Positions 23,588 to 33,947 of a DNA stretch of 64,000 nucleotides are shown one piece after another (within the stretch, counting starts at the first letter, position 1; the number at the start of each line of letters is the position of its first letter). This DNA is from a virus (lineage: Duplodnaviria > Caudoviricetes), in IMG/VR virus record IMGVR_UViG_3300005670_000014, positions 24,786-88,785 of that record; one strand, 5' to 3'. The position numbers and the translations under genes are program-made. Under the pieces are notes generated by a model. The model did no database searches, had not been told where the DNA came from, and saw nothing but the letters and a program-made list of their open reading frames with translations.

Positions 23588-25450
23588 ATGACACCTAAAG
23601 CTCTTACACTTAGATCTTTTAAGTGTTTTTCGGGTGAAACTAAATTTACATTTCCCGTTGAATCGGGATTGTATTTAGTCCAAGGTCGTAATGAAGTTCA
23701 ACCATCATTGGAAGGTAATGGCTGTGGTAAGAGTACATTATTTGGTGATGCGTTAACATGGTGTTTGTTTGGGAAAACGCCCCGCTTATTGAAAGCTTCA
23801 GATATTCTAAATTGGGAAGCGGGGTCTGCTGGATCAGTTTATTTTGAGTTTACCATGGAAGGCAAAGAATATGGACTATTACGAACTCAAACTCCCAATT
23901 CTTTATGTTTAGATGCTGACGGAATTCGTAAAACCGCAACTCAAGAACAAGTCAATGAATTGTTGGGATTGGACTTTGATCAATTTGTCGCCAGTATTGT
24001 CTTTGCCCAATTCGGTACAATGTTCTTTGACTTGTCTGCGGCTGATAAATCTACATTGTTGTCAGCAATTTTAGATTTAGATGTATGGGATACCGCTACG
24101 GATACCGCTAAAAAATCATCAAATCAATTGGAATCTTCGATTACTACTGTAAAAATGGATACAGCCAGTGTTGAAGGTCGTATTGAAGGTTTACAATCAC
24201 AAGATTTTGATGACAAAATTAAGCAATGGGAACAAAATTTTGAAGATCAACATCAAAATTTGATGGAACAAAATGATCTGTTCTATCAAAAACTGGAAAA
24301 ATTGATTAAACAAGGTTCCAAAATTGAAGATCAACTAAAAGAACATCAAGAGCAGCTAGATGAATTGGCTGAAATCGAACAAGAAGTTCAATTGGACGGT
24401 CGTAAGTTGGAAAAACAACGGAGTTCTTTACAAGATAAACGTAATGAACAAGAATTTTTATTAAAAAATCTTAAAAATGAACTGAAAAAGTTCGAAACTG
24501 TGGATAAAACATGTCCATATTGTTTACAAGATGTTCCAAAAGCTCATTTACAACAAGAAATGGGCAAGTTACAAACACAGATTTATAATGCGCAATCCAA
24601 GAGTGCTGATTTTAGAGCTTTGATTGATGAAAAAGATTCTGAATTGAATCAATATCGGATAGATTTGACAACTATACAGCAAACTCGAAAGGAATTTTTA
24701 GCGGAACAACGCGAAACACTGGATAAAAAGTCATTTTTAAAGGCAGAGTTGGCTAAAATCAAAGTTCAACAGCAAACAGTGGAGCGTGATTTAGCTAAAT
24801 TACAAAATTCAGTCAATCCGTACTATTTGGAACAGCAACAACAGCAGCAACATATCGAAAAACTGCAAGATAAGCTAAAAATCAATGAAAAACAGTTAAA
24901 AGAACTGAACAAAGAGCTGTTTGCTACCCAATACTGGGTTAAAGCATTTCGTGAAGTACGTTTATCGTTAATTAGTGAAGTGTTAACGCAGTTAGAGTTG
25001 GAAGTAAATAATAAATTGTTCCAATTAGGTCTTGAAAATTGGAAAGTGCTGTTTTCAGTGGAAGGTTTGACTAAAGGCGGTAAAGTTAAGAAAGGTTTTA
25101 CGGTCAATATCATCACGCCATACAATTTAGAACCCGTTCATTGGAACGCATGGAGTGGAGGCGAGTCACAACGCTTGCGTTTAGCCGGTGCTTTGGGTAT
25201 GTCGGATTTAATTACTGCTAAATGCAAGCAACAGCCGACGTTTGAGGTGTTCGACGAACCCTCAAGTTACTTATCTGAAGCAGGTATCACATCATTGTTA
25301 TCCATTCTTAAAGATCGTGCTAGACAATTGAACAAGCAGATCTTTTTAATTGATCATCGAAAGCTGGATAGTGTCGCTTTTGATGGAACCATATCTGTAA
25401 TCAAAAACCATGATGGAATTGACATTGAATCATCATGGGCAGTGTGTTAA
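23588..25450 (+). CDS. SbcC/Rad50 (gp46-like) SMC ATPase
   Basis: GNGCGKST Walker A, coiled coil with CPYC hook, WSGGE signature, FDEP Walker B, IDH. Confidence 0.92.
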   Translation: MTPKALTLRSFKCFSGETKFTFPVESGLYLVQGRNEVQPSLEGNGCGKSTLFGDALTWCLFGKTPRLLKASDILNWEAGSAGSVYFEFTMEGKEYGLLRTQTPNSLCLDADGIRKTATQEQVNELLGLDFDQFVASIVFAQFGTMFFDLSAADKSTLLSAILDLDVWDTATDTAKKSSNQLESSITTVKMDTASVEGRIEGLQSQDFDDKIKQWEQNFEDQHQNLMEQNDLFYQKLEKLIKQGSKIEDQLKEHQEQLDELAEIEQEVQLDGRKLEKQRSSLQDKRNEQEFLLKNLKNELKKFETVDKTCPYCLQDVPKAHLQQEMGKLQTQIYNAQSKSADFRALIDEKDSELNQYRIDLTTIQQTRKEFLAEQRETLDKKSFLKAELAKIKVQQQTVERDLAKLQNSVNPYYLEQQQQQQHIEKLQDKLKINEKQLKELNKELFATQYWVKAFREVRLSLISEVLTQLELEVNNKLFQLGLENWKVLFSVEGLTKGGKVKKGFTVNIITPYNLEPVHWNAWSGGESQRLRLAGALGMSDLITAKCKQQPTFEVFDEPSSYLSEAGITSLLSILKDRARQLNKQIFLIDHRKLDSVAFDGTISVIKNHDGIDIESSWAVC

Positions 25451-25471
25451 AATAAACCTTTTGGAGGTATT

Positions 25472-25927
25472 ATGCGTAATATTGATGTAAAAATCTTACA
25501 TCCCACGTTTTATCAACAATGGGATTTACCCCAGTATGCAACTTCAGAATCGGCAGGATTAGATTTACGAGCTTGTATTGATGATGAATTAATTTTGGCT
25601 CCAAAAATTAAATTTTTATGTCCTACAGGATTGGCAGTAGATTTAAATGATAAAGAATTAGCAATGTTTTTATTACCTAAATCAGGTTTGGGCCATAAAA
25701 AAGGGTTGATCTTATCTAATTCCGTTGGTCTCATAGATTCAGACTATCATCTCGAAGTTTTTGTAAGTTTGTGGAATCAAGGCAGTGAGAGAATTAAAAT
25801 TACACCAGGTATGTTTATTGCTCAAGCGTATTTTGCTCCGATTGTTCGAGTTCAATTGAACGTAGTAAAAGAATTTGATCGAATTGTGGAGCGAACAGGT
25901 GGTTTTGGATCAACAGGAACTCATTGA
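25472..25927 (+). CDS. dut: trimeric dUTPase
   Basis: AGLDLRA, KSGLG, VGLIDSDY, IAQ, RTGGFGSTG. Confidence 0.95.
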   Translation: MRNIDVKILHPTFYQQWDLPQYATSESAGLDLRACIDDELILAPKIKFLCPTGLAVDLNDKELAMFLLPKSGLGHKKGLILSNSVGLIDSDYHLEVFVSLWNQGSERIKITPGMFIAQAYFAPIVRVQLNVVKEFDRIVERTGGFGSTGTH

Positions 25928-26241
25928 TGTCTGAACAACACGCTGTTGGTTATAAAGCAGATGTTGGAAAGAATCGACTCACTCTCATCATGCACGGCTT
26001 TGCGCGTGCATTACTAGAAGTGGGCAAAGTGGGAACCTTCGGCGCACAAAAATACACGGATGATGGATGGTGTGAAGTGGTTAATGCGGAGCAGCGTTAT
26101 ACCGATGCATTGTACCGTCATCTGTTAGCTGAAGCGACGAATGAAGTATTTGATGAAGAATCTGGATTACTCCATGCTGCACATTCTGCATGGAACGCTC
26201 TCGCAAGATTGGAATTACAGCTTCGTAATTCTAAACAATAA
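25924..26241 (+). CDS. dATP/dGTP diphosphohydrolase-domain protein (DUF5664-like)
   Basis: KADVGKNRL, FGAQKY..DGW, YTDALYRHL, DEESGLLHAAHSAWNAL. Confidence 0.85.
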   Translation: MMSEQHAVGYKADVGKNRLTLIMHGFARALLEVGKVGTFGAQKYTDDGWCEVVNAEQRYTDALYRHLLAEATNEVFDEESGLLHAAHSAWNALARLELQLRNSKQ

Positions 26242-26247
26242 CAGTCC

Positions 26248-26277
26248 ATGCACGATAATTTATATCGTGCATTTTTT
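26248..26277 (+). terminator. intrinsic terminator
   Basis: ATGCACGATA-attta-TATCGTGCAT followed by TTTTT. Confidence 0.7.
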
Positions 26278-26290
26278 ATTGCCATGAGGT

Positions 26291-29200
26291 TTGATTATGT
26301 CTTTTCAATCCGTATCTAACTCTGTATATTCCAATAAATATCAATTGTTCGATAAGCATGGCAATGAGGTCGATGAGAGTAGAAGTCATAGTTTTATGCG
26401 AGTGGCTCAAGCATTGGCTAAAAATGAAAAAGATTGTCGATATTGGACGGATGTCTTTTTTGAAGCAATGGTGAGTGGTGCAATACCTGCTGGAAGAATT
26501 ATGAGTAATGCGGGTGCTGAGGAACACAAACCAAATACTTCGCAGATCAACTGCGTCGTTGCAGATACAATCTATGACTCTATCGAATCAATTGGACAAT
26601 CCGTAAAAGATTCTTTAATTACTCTATCTGGTGGTAGCGGAATTGGTTACGACTTCAGTTCTTTACGTCCCAAAGGATCTTTTGTTAATGGAGTGGGTAG
26701 CACCACATCTGGCCCGTTACCTTTTGCTGATATTTTTGATAAAGGCTGTTTTACCATTGCATCAGCCGGTGGAAGACGTGGTGCACAGATGGCAACATTT
26801 GATTTACGTCATCCAGATGTGTTAGCTTTTATTAAAGCTAAACGAGAAAATGGACGATTTCGACAATTTAATATTAGTGTGCTCGTTCCTCATTCATTTT
26901 TTAATGAAGAAAAAGATTGGATATTTCGTTTTCCCATTCGTAGTTCTGATCCTGCATTGGATACTGCGGAAACGATGTGGGATACATGGCATATTAAAGA
27001 TGCTGCATATATCACGAATGAACATGGACAGACTTTATTTAAAATTTATGGCAAGATGCCAAAATCAGAATTATGGAATTTAATACTTCAATCTAATTAT
27101 GAGTATGCTGAACCAGGTGTTATTTTTATAGATCGCGTGAACGAAGAAAATAATTTATGGTTTTGTGAAGAAATTAGAGCTTCTAATCCGTCAATGCCAG
27201 CGGGAACTTTGGTACACACCAATCTTGGTATTTTGCCTATTGAAGAATTAGAAAATCAACTTTTTTCAGTAAGATCTTTAGATGGTTGTTGGGCACCTGC
27301 AAGTTGTCGTTTGTCAGGAGAAGCCGAAACTCTTATGGAAATTAATTTTGGTAACTATAAGACTATCCAAGCTACACCTAAACATCTATGGCCGGTTTTA
27401 AATTCTTTTGGAAAAATTGTAAAGAAAGAAACTAGTGAATTAAAAGCTGGTGATTTAATTCCTCTCAATCTAAATCTTCCATTAGAATTCAATGTAGACC
27501 CTACATTGACTGAAGATGAGGGATTTTTAGTGGGCGTTTTTATGGGAAATGGCTGGCTTTCATCCCGCGTTGATGGTACAGGTTATGCTTTTGGGATTAG
27601 TTTTAACAAGTTGGATATTAAAGTAGCTGAAAGAACCCTGTCAATTTTAAATCAGTACAAAAACAATCCTTCGTCCATCAAGGAAAATGCACATGAATTA
27701 AGTATTCAACTTACTTCAAAGGCATTTATTGAATGGTTTATGTTGCGTTTTGGAATTTTTCCTAAAACTAAAGATTTACCTTTAGTTTTATTTAAAAGCA
27801 ATGATTACTTCATTCGAGGTTTTATTGATGGGTTGTTTTCAACGGATGGCAGTATTTCTGAAGGCAATGATTTTCGTGGAGGTTGTATAATTTTTAGTCA
27901 AAAATCAGAGTCTTTTACTATGAACTTAGCTAAATTGCTGAGTTTTTATGGAATAAAAACATCTGTTTGGAAAACTGAAAGTTCTAACACTGTATTTCCA
28001 AATGGAAAATCGTATAATAAAAGTTACACAGCTTTCGCTGTGAAACTTGCTAATTCAGCATCAAAAGCATTTGCTTCGTTATTTAATTTAACTTGTGAAA
28101 GAAAACAAGCAAAATTAGATTTTTTGGTTTTAAGAAAACCAAAAAAATCTAAAATAACAAATCTTTATAATGAAGTAAAAACTGTTACATATGTTCAAGG
28201 TGCTCATAAAGTTTGGGATATTTCAGTACAACATGATCAACATGTTTTTCCAACTGAATGGGGTTATACAGGAAACTGTGGCGAACAGATGCTTCCACCA
28301 AACAATTCATGTTTATTAGGTTCTATTGATCTGACTCAGTTTGTTGAACAACCTTTCACGGATGATGCTCATTTTGATTTCAGTAATTTTTCCAACACTG
28401 TAGATGTATTTACACGAATGTTGGATAATGTAGTAGAGTTTAATAATTTACCGTTAAAGTCTCAACAAGATGAAATTTTACAAAAACGTCGGCATGGAAT
28501 GGGCTTTTTTGGTTTAGGCTCTGCTTTAATTATGCTGTGTATTCATTATGATTCTAAAACAGCGTTAGACTTTGCAGAAAAAGTAACGAAATTGATGGCA
28601 ATTCGTGGGTATGTCACGGGTTGTGCATTGGCTGAAGAAAAAGGTTGTGCACCCGTACTGAATGAGTATTTTGAGATTACTCCAGAGATTGTTAGAAAGA
28701 ATGAATTATTTAAAGATCAGTTAGGACAAAAAGTTAAAGGTATTGAATTATTTTTGGCAAGTCCATACATGCAACGTTTATTAGCAGATGAACCTGAATT
28801 AAAAGATCGATTGTTGAGACATGGCTGCCGTTTTAGTCATCACACCTCTATTGCACCTACGGGTACAATCTCTTTAGCATTTGGAAACGGAGCATCTGGA
28901 GGTATCGAACCTTCTTTCTCCCATTGTTATTTTCGTAATTTAACAGTACAAGATAAGAAAACTCGACAACAGGAAGCCGTGTACAGTAAAGAGTTTTTGT
29001 TGTATAAAGAATTATATGGACAAAATAAAACGGACGAAGAATTGTTAAAACATCTACCGGATTATTTTGTGACTGCGGATACCATTTCATGGAAAGCCCA
29101 TATAGACATGGTGGCTGTCGTACAAAAGTGGGTGGACTCTTCAATTAGTAAAACCTGTAATGTACCCACTAATATTACTTTAGAAGAGTTTAAAGGTATT

Positions 29201-29440
29201 TATGATTATGCCTATAAAGTAGGTTGTAAGGCAGTCTCCACATTTCGTTATAATCCTGAAACTTTAGGGTCGATTTTAAGTCGAAGTGAAGACTTAGCCA
29301 ATAGTAGGTATGAATTTAAATTAGCTGATGGTACGGTGATCCAATGTGCAGGTGGTGATCGTGTTGAATACGATGGTGAAATAACCACGGCTGAAAATTT
29401 GTTTTCCGCTTTGAAAGAGAATACTTATGGAAAATTCTAA
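26291..29440 (+). CDS. nrdJ: class II (B12-dependent) ribonucleotide reductase, large subunit, intein-containing
   Basis: PAGRIMSNAG, NC, GGSGIGYDFSSLRP, GGRRGAQM, EPGVIF, NP|CGEQ, SIAPTGTIS, GIEP. Confidence 0.93.
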   Translation: MIMSFQSVSNSVYSNKYQLFDKHGNEVDESRSHSFMRVAQALAKNEKDCRYWTDVFFEAMVSGAIPAGRIMSNAGAEEHKPNTSQINCVVADTIYDSIESIGQSVKDSLITLSGGSGIGYDFSSLRPKGSFVNGVGSTTSGPLPFADIFDKGCFTIASAGGRRGAQMATFDLRHPDVLAFIKAKRENGRFRQFNISVLVPHSFFNEEKDWIFRFPIRSSDPALDTAETMWDTWHIKDAAYITNEHGQTLFKIYGKMPKSELWNLILQSNYEYAEPGVIFIDRVNEENNLWFCEEIRASNPSMPAGTLVHTNLGILPIEELENQLFSVRSLDGCWAPASCRLSGEAETLMEINFGNYKTIQATPKHLWPVLNSFGKIVKKETSELKAGDLIPLNLNLPLEFNVDPTLTEDEGFLVGVFMGNGWLSSRVDGTGYAFGISFNKLDIKVAERTLSILNQYKNNPSSIKENAHELSIQLTSKAFIEWFMLRFGIFPKTKDLPLVLFKSNDYFIRGFIDGLFSTDGSISEGNDFRGGCIIFSQKSESFTMNLAKLLSFYGIKTSVWKTESSNTVFPNGKSYNKSYTAFAVKLANSASKAFASLFNLTCERKQAKLDFLVLRKPKKSKITNLYNEVKTVTYVQGAHKVWDISVQHDQHVFPTEWGYTGNCGEQMLPPNNSCLLGSIDLTQFVEQPFTDDAHFDFSNFSNTVDVFTRMLDNVVEFNNLPLKSQQDEILQKRRHGMGFFGLGSALIMLCIHYDSKTALDFAEKVTKLMAIRGYVTGCALAEEKGCAPVLNEYFEITPEIVRKNELFKDQLGQKVKGIELFLASPYMQRLLADEPELKDRLLRHGCRFSHHTSIAPTGTISLAFGNGASGGIEPSFSHCYFRNLTVQDKKTRQQEAVYSKEFLLYKELYGQNKTDEELLKHLPDYFVTADTISWKAHIDMVAVVQKWVDSSISKTCNVPTNITLEEFKGIYDYAYKVGCKAVSTFRYNPETLGSILSRSEDLANSRYEFKLADGTVIQCAGGDRVEYDGEITTAENLFSALKENTYGKF
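27191..28276 (+). mobile_element. 362-aa intein with LAGLIDADG domain at the RNR NP|CGEQ site
   Basis: Starts SMPAGT, block B TPKH, LAGLIDADG-like VGVFMGNG and DGLFSTDG, ends YTGN before Cys+1. Confidence 0.9.
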
Positions 29441-30056
29441 AATTGTACAAATTAAAAGTCCCATTGTTGATTTCAAATACTTGGGAGATTCTAATGAGAG
29501 TTCAATTTCTAAAGAATTGTCAATGGAAAAGTTATGCGAGACAACGGAACGTCCAGCGATTCTCGAGGGAAGAACCTATAAATTACGATCTCCAGTGTAC
29601 GATGCCGCCTTGTACATTACCATTAACGACATTATCCTTAATCACGGTACTGAGCATGAGCAAAAACGACCGTTTGAGATTTTCATTAACTCAAAAGCCA
29701 TGGAAAGTTTTCAGTGGATCGTTGCTCTCACACGAATGATCAGTGGTGTGTTTCGTAAAGGGGGCGATGTTACTTTTATTGTAGAAGAATTAAGAGCTGT
29801 TAACGATCCAAAAGGCGGTTATTGGAAAAAAGGGCAGTATATTCCCAGTATTGTGGCCGAAATTGCTTTAGTCATTGAAGAGCATTTCATTCAATTGGGA
29901 TTATTAACAGCCACGGAAAAGCCCGTTGCCGTGGTTGAACCCGCAGTAAAAGATTTACCTGCTATGAGAATCTGTCCTAAATGTAATATGCCTACATTGA
30001 CACGGGAATCAGGATGTGATAAATGTTTATCATGTTCTTGGTCAAGGTGTGGATAA
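29427..30056 (+). CDS. nrdJb: NrdJb/TSCPD-domain RNR accessory subunit
   Basis: ALYITIND, RPFEIFINSK, ALTRMISGVFRKGGDV, SIVAEIA, C-terminal CPKC...GCDKCLSC. Confidence 0.85.
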   Translation: MENSKIVQIKSPIVDFKYLGDSNESSISKELSMEKLCETTERPAILEGRTYKLRSPVYDAALYITINDIILNHGTEHEQKRPFEIFINSKAMESFQWIVALTRMISGVFRKGGDVTFIVEELRAVNDPKGGYWKKGQYIPSIVAEIALVIEEHFIQLGLLTATEKPVAVVEPAVKDLPAMRICPKCNMPTLTRESGCDKCLSCSWSRCG

Positions 30057-30448
30057 TGTCTGAAAAAGCATTTCATTTAGAAGCAGTTCAATCTTTTGAA
30101 CGAACCTTCCGGTGCATCTTCCGTCAAGCAAATGAAGAAGTAGATCGTTTAGAACGAATTAATTCAGCAATGAACTTGCTGGAAAATCGTTTACTAGATC
30201 CTGAAACGATTGATGCCATGGACACCATGCAGCAAATTGCGTTAATGGAATTGCTTTCAAAGAATCAACAAGCCGCAATTAAAAATGTCATGGGGTTTAG
30301 TGGTACGTTATCCAAAGTCAAGAATGTGGTAGGAGTCTTTGACGGAATCCAACGTTACGCTTCGTTGCCGGATTCACCGGATGGAGATTTTCCTGAATTG
30401 GACTACGAAGATCGTCCTTTGATCGGACAATTGATGGATGAAGAGTAA
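30056..30448 (+). CDS. hypothetical 130-aa protein
   Basis: ORF track trimmed to the TAATG-coupled ATG. Confidence 0.7.
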   Translation: MSEKAFHLEAVQSFERTFRCIFRQANEEVDRLERINSAMNLLENRLLDPETIDAMDTMQQIALMELLSKNQQAAIKNVMGFSGTLSKVKNVVGVFDGIQRYASLPDSPDGDFPELDYEDRPLIGQLMDEE

Positions 30449-30755
30449 CATGCGGCAACAAGAGTTTGATACACTATTAAAGTGGTTAGCGTATCCCGCA
30501 TTGTTCAAAAATGCCATTCGTAAATCTGTGGAAACAGGTTTAGCATTTAGAATCTTAACGGATCAAACGCTAACGGATGAGTTGAAAAATCAATTTAAAG
30601 TATTAATGCAAGAAGCAATTCCTCAAGCTGATTTACAACAACTAATGAAGGTATATGAACGAACCTTTCCACAGATTCAACATCAAAATTTTAATAATCA
30701 GATTTATAAATTACATTCTGATGTTTTAAGAATTACACCATCGCAAAGAGTTTAA
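30438..30755 (+). CDS. hypothetical 105-aa protein
   Basis: ORF track; coupled to its neighbours. Confidence 0.65.
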   Translation: MKSNMRQQEFDTLLKWLAYPALFKNAIRKSVETGLAFRILTDQTLTDELKNQFKVLMQEAIPQADLQQLMKVYERTFPQIQHQNFNNQIYKLHSDVLRITPSQRV

Positions 30756-31207
30756 TGATGAATATTATGACCCCGGCTGAAGCTTTTGAACGTTATTATG
30801 ATTTAGGTGTTAAGCGTAATTTATTACGTTTATCTAAGATCATTGGTATTGAATTTGATTTATTGTCCAGTTGGGCGGATGGTTATGCATGGGATGAAAA
30901 AGTTGAAGCACGGGATAAAGAAGTTAATCGAGTTTTTGAACAAGTATACAAACAACGTACTTTAGACATTCGAAATCGACTAGTAAGACAGATTGATACT
31001 TTATTAAAAGATATGGAAAGTTGTAGTTTGGGGTTGCCATTCGGGGTAACGTCTCCTGCTGAATTACGTTCAGTTGCACAGGCGTATCGAGAGTTAGTTC
31101 AAGCGAATGTATTAGCGATGACTAAAGGTGTGGATATGGGTGGTGGTAAAGCGCCTAAGACTTGGAGTGATTTGTTAGAGCAAATTGAAAATACGGAAAC
31201 TGAATGA
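30755..31207 (+). CDS. probable terminase small subunit
   Basis: Directly upstream of TerL; HTH-like AFERYY...LSKIIG...LSSWADGYAW followed by a helical oligomerisation segment. Confidence 0.65.
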   Translation: MMNIMTPAEAFERYYDLGVKRNLLRLSKIIGIEFDLLSSWADGYAWDEKVEARDKEVNRVFEQVYKQRTLDIRNRLVRQIDTLLKDMESCSLGLPFGVTSPAELRSVAQAYRELVQANVLAMTKGVDMGGGKAPKTWSDLLEQIENTETE

Positions 31208-31208
31208 C

Positions 31209-33884
31209 ATGGATCGTAAAAAGAATTGGAAAAGTGAACTTGTTTTACGTGGACGACAAGATCCAGCTTGGTGGATTGAGAGTGTTTTAGGTGGAAGTCT
31301 TTGGGAAAAACAAAAAGAGATTTGCAAAGCTTTAGTTAAGTATGAAAGAGTCGCGGTAGCAGGTGCGTTTGGCTTTGGCAAATGTGTTGCTTTTGGTGAG
31401 CGCATAGTACTTTCCAATGGCAATGTTGCTAACGCTGAAGATTTGATTGGTAAATCTTTTAAAGTTCTTGCTTGGGATGAAAAAACTGGACAACAAATCG
31501 AAGCTGAGGCTTTTGCTGAAGATAATGGTTTAAAACCAGTTTGTAAGATCACTACTAAATCGGGGCGTTGCATTATTCGTACTGAAAACCATCCTTTATA
31601 CACTTGCTATCTTCCAAAACGAAATGTTCATCGGATACCAACATTGCCAAAATGGAGACCTATTAATAATTTAAGGGGTAATATGGTTGTTGCCGTACCT
31701 TTGAAATTGAATGTTTTAGCAACAAAAACAATTACAGAAGATGAAGCTAAGTTGATTGGCTATTTATTGGGAGATGGCGGTACGACAACTGGTATAACCT
31801 TTACACAAGAGTTGGGAAAAACTCTTGATGATTTTAGAGATATTGTTAATCGTTTTAACTGTGATGTTATCAAAAAAACTGATTCACGATACGATTATCG
31901 TGTGATTGGACGTGAACGTACTGAAGATAATATAAATAGATACAATCCACTGTTGGAAAAATTTCGTGCATGGGGATTAATTGGACATAAAGCTAAACAT
32001 AAATATTTACCAGATTTTATTTGGGAATTAAATGATGATTCTTTAGCTTTAATTATGAATCGTTTATTTGCTTGTGACGGTTGGGTGTATATACCAAAAA
32101 CAGATCGTGAAACATCTAGAATTGCTATTACTTTAGCATCTGAAAAATTAATTCGTGATATTGAATTAGTGATGCTTCGTTTGGGTATTTATGGAAATGT
32201 TTCTTATGGACAAAAAACTTGCAATGGTAAAAAGTTTGACGCTTGGACTTGGCAAGTTTTTAAAGGTGTAGAAGTTTTAAAATTTATTGATCGTGTTGGA
32301 ATTTTTGGAAAAGAAATTAAATTAGAAAAATGTCGTCAATTTGTTTTAACAAAAACCAGTTTTAAGCATACACTGGAATGGCCTTTTAAAAGTCTTCCAG
32401 AAGGTTATGCTTGGGAACAAATAAGATCGATTGAATATTTAGGATTGCAACCAACTGTGGGTATTTGTGTACCGGAATATAATACGTACTTGACTACGTT
32501 TGTAGAACATAACACTCATTTGGCCGCGAGATTAATGTTATGGTTTTTGCTCTGTCATCCAAATTCTAAAGTAGTATCCACGGCTCCCACACAGAGGCAG
32601 GTGAAAGATTTACTTTGGTCAGAATTACGTGCAGCACATGCTAAAGCAATTATGCCGTTAGGTGGAGAACTTTTACAGTTACAATACAAATTGGGCGAAG
32701 ATCATTTTGCGGTTGGTTTTAGTACAGATTCTGAAAATATAGATCGATTTACGGGCTACCATGCACCTCATCAGTTGGTAGTTTTTGATCAAGCTGGAGG
32801 TATTGATAGTCCAATTTGGGAAGCCGCAGAAGGTTTAATGACTTCTGCAAATTGTCGTTGGTTAGCTATTTCCAATACAGCTATTTCCAGTTGCGAATTA
32901 GCTAACATCTGTATGCCAGATCGTAAAACCAAGTTTGGTGACTGGCACGTTATTCGGGTAAAAGCAACTGAAACGCCTAATGTCTTAGCTGGTAAAAATA
33001 TTTATCCCGGTTTGATTGCTTATGATTGGGTAAAAAAGCGTGAAGAAGCTTGGGGTCGGGATGATCCATTATACAAAATCTTCGTAGAAGCAGAGTTTAT
33101 TCCTGACTCTGAAATGGTGGTTGTACCGTACAAAGCGATTGTTGATGCATTCAATATGAATGGGGAGTTGGGTTCGCATATTGAAGTGGGCTTAGACGTA
33201 GCGCGAATGGGGACGGACAGTACCGTATGGACTGCGGTTAGTGGTTCACGGGTGATGGAAGTCAAGCGAGTCACGGGCAATACCACCATGCAAGTGGTAG
33301 GTTTGACGGTAGAGTTTGTAAAGCATTTACAAGAAACTTATGGTTTACCCGTAACTGCGGTAAAGATTGACGTAATTGGTTTAGGTGCGGGTGTATATGA
33401 TCGATTGATAGAATTGGATGACGACAATATTGAAATTCCCGTAGTGGCAGTCAATAATGCGGAAGTCAATATTGTGGTAGATAAAGAACGTTATTCTAAT
33501 GTTCGTGCGGAGATGGCTTGGGCATTTCGTTATCGAATTGATCATGGTAATGTGGGATTGGCGGCGGTACAAGTTCACGATTATGAAATTAAAGAGTATA
33601 TTCGTGGTGATATTCAAGCCATGCGTTATAAGATCACTTCACAAGGTAAGATTCAGTTATTACCCAAAGAAGAACTTAAAAAGAATTTAGGACGATCTCC
33701 TGACTATTGGGATTCATTAGTTATGGCATTTGAAACACCGGGTGGTGGACCTCCGATGCTGGAATCGATATCTTCAAAGAAAGAACGTGAAGAAGAGTTT
33801 TCAATTTCAGAAGAAGAGTGGCAAATTTTAATGGGTACGCGGATGCCCATGGATGATCGATTTTTCCGAGACGTACAATTTTAA
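31209..33884 (+). CDS. terL: terminase large subunit, intein-containing
   Basis: VAVAGAFGFGK|TH Walker A, STAPT, VVFDQA Walker B, ISN, nuclease GLDVARMGTD, IDVIGLG, RSPDYWDSL; start trimmed to ATG 31209. Confidence 0.92.
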   Translation: MDRKKNWKSELVLRGRQDPAWWIESVLGGSLWEKQKEICKALVKYERVAVAGAFGFGKCVAFGERIVLSNGNVANAEDLIGKSFKVLAWDEKTGQQIEAEAFAEDNGLKPVCKITTKSGRCIIRTENHPLYTCYLPKRNVHRIPTLPKWRPINNLRGNMVVAVPLKLNVLATKTITEDEAKLIGYLLGDGGTTTGITFTQELGKTLDDFRDIVNRFNCDVIKKTDSRYDYRVIGRERTEDNINRYNPLLEKFRAWGLIGHKAKHKYLPDFIWELNDDSLALIMNRLFACDGWVYIPKTDRETSRIAITLASEKLIRDIELVMLRLGIYGNVSYGQKTCNGKKFDAWTWQVFKGVEVLKFIDRVGIFGKEIKLEKCRQFVLTKTSFKHTLEWPFKSLPEGYAWEQIRSIEYLGLQPTVGICVPEYNTYLTTFVEHNTHLAARLMLWFLLCHPNSKVVSTAPTQRQVKDLLWSELRAAHAKAIMPLGGELLQLQYKLGEDHFAVGFSTDSENIDRFTGYHAPHQLVVFDQAGGIDSPIWEAAEGLMTSANCRWLAISNTAISSCELANICMPDRKTKFGDWHVIRVKATETPNVLAGKNIYPGLIAYDWVKKREEAWGRDDPLYKIFVEAEFIPDSEMVVVPYKAIVDAFNMNGELGSHIEVGLDVARMGTDSTVWTAVSGSRVMEVKRVTGNTTMQVVGLTVEFVKHLQETYGLPVTAVKIDVIGLGAGVYDRLIELDDDNIEIPVVAVNNAEVNIVVDKERYSNVRAEMAWAFRYRIDHGNVGLAAVQVHDYEIKEYIRGDIQAMRYKITSQGKIQLLPKEELKKNLGRSPDYWDSLVMAFETPGGGPPMLESISSKKEREEEFSISEEEWQILMGTRMPMDDRFFRDVQF
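31383..32513 (+). mobile_element. 377-aa intein with LAGLIDADG endonuclease inside the TerL P-loop
   Basis: Starts CVAFGE, block B TENH, GYLLGDG and RLFACDG motifs, ends VEHN before Thr+1. Confidence 0.92.
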
Positions 33885-33947
33885 ATTTTTATTGACAAGG
33901 ATGTAATTTCATGGCACAGTATTCGAATCAGACTATTAGGCTTATTC

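Noticed and set aside
24830-24852. CAG/CAA poly-Gln run in SbcC
   Set aside because: A six-residue low-complexity patch in a coiled coil, in frame, with no sign of phase variation
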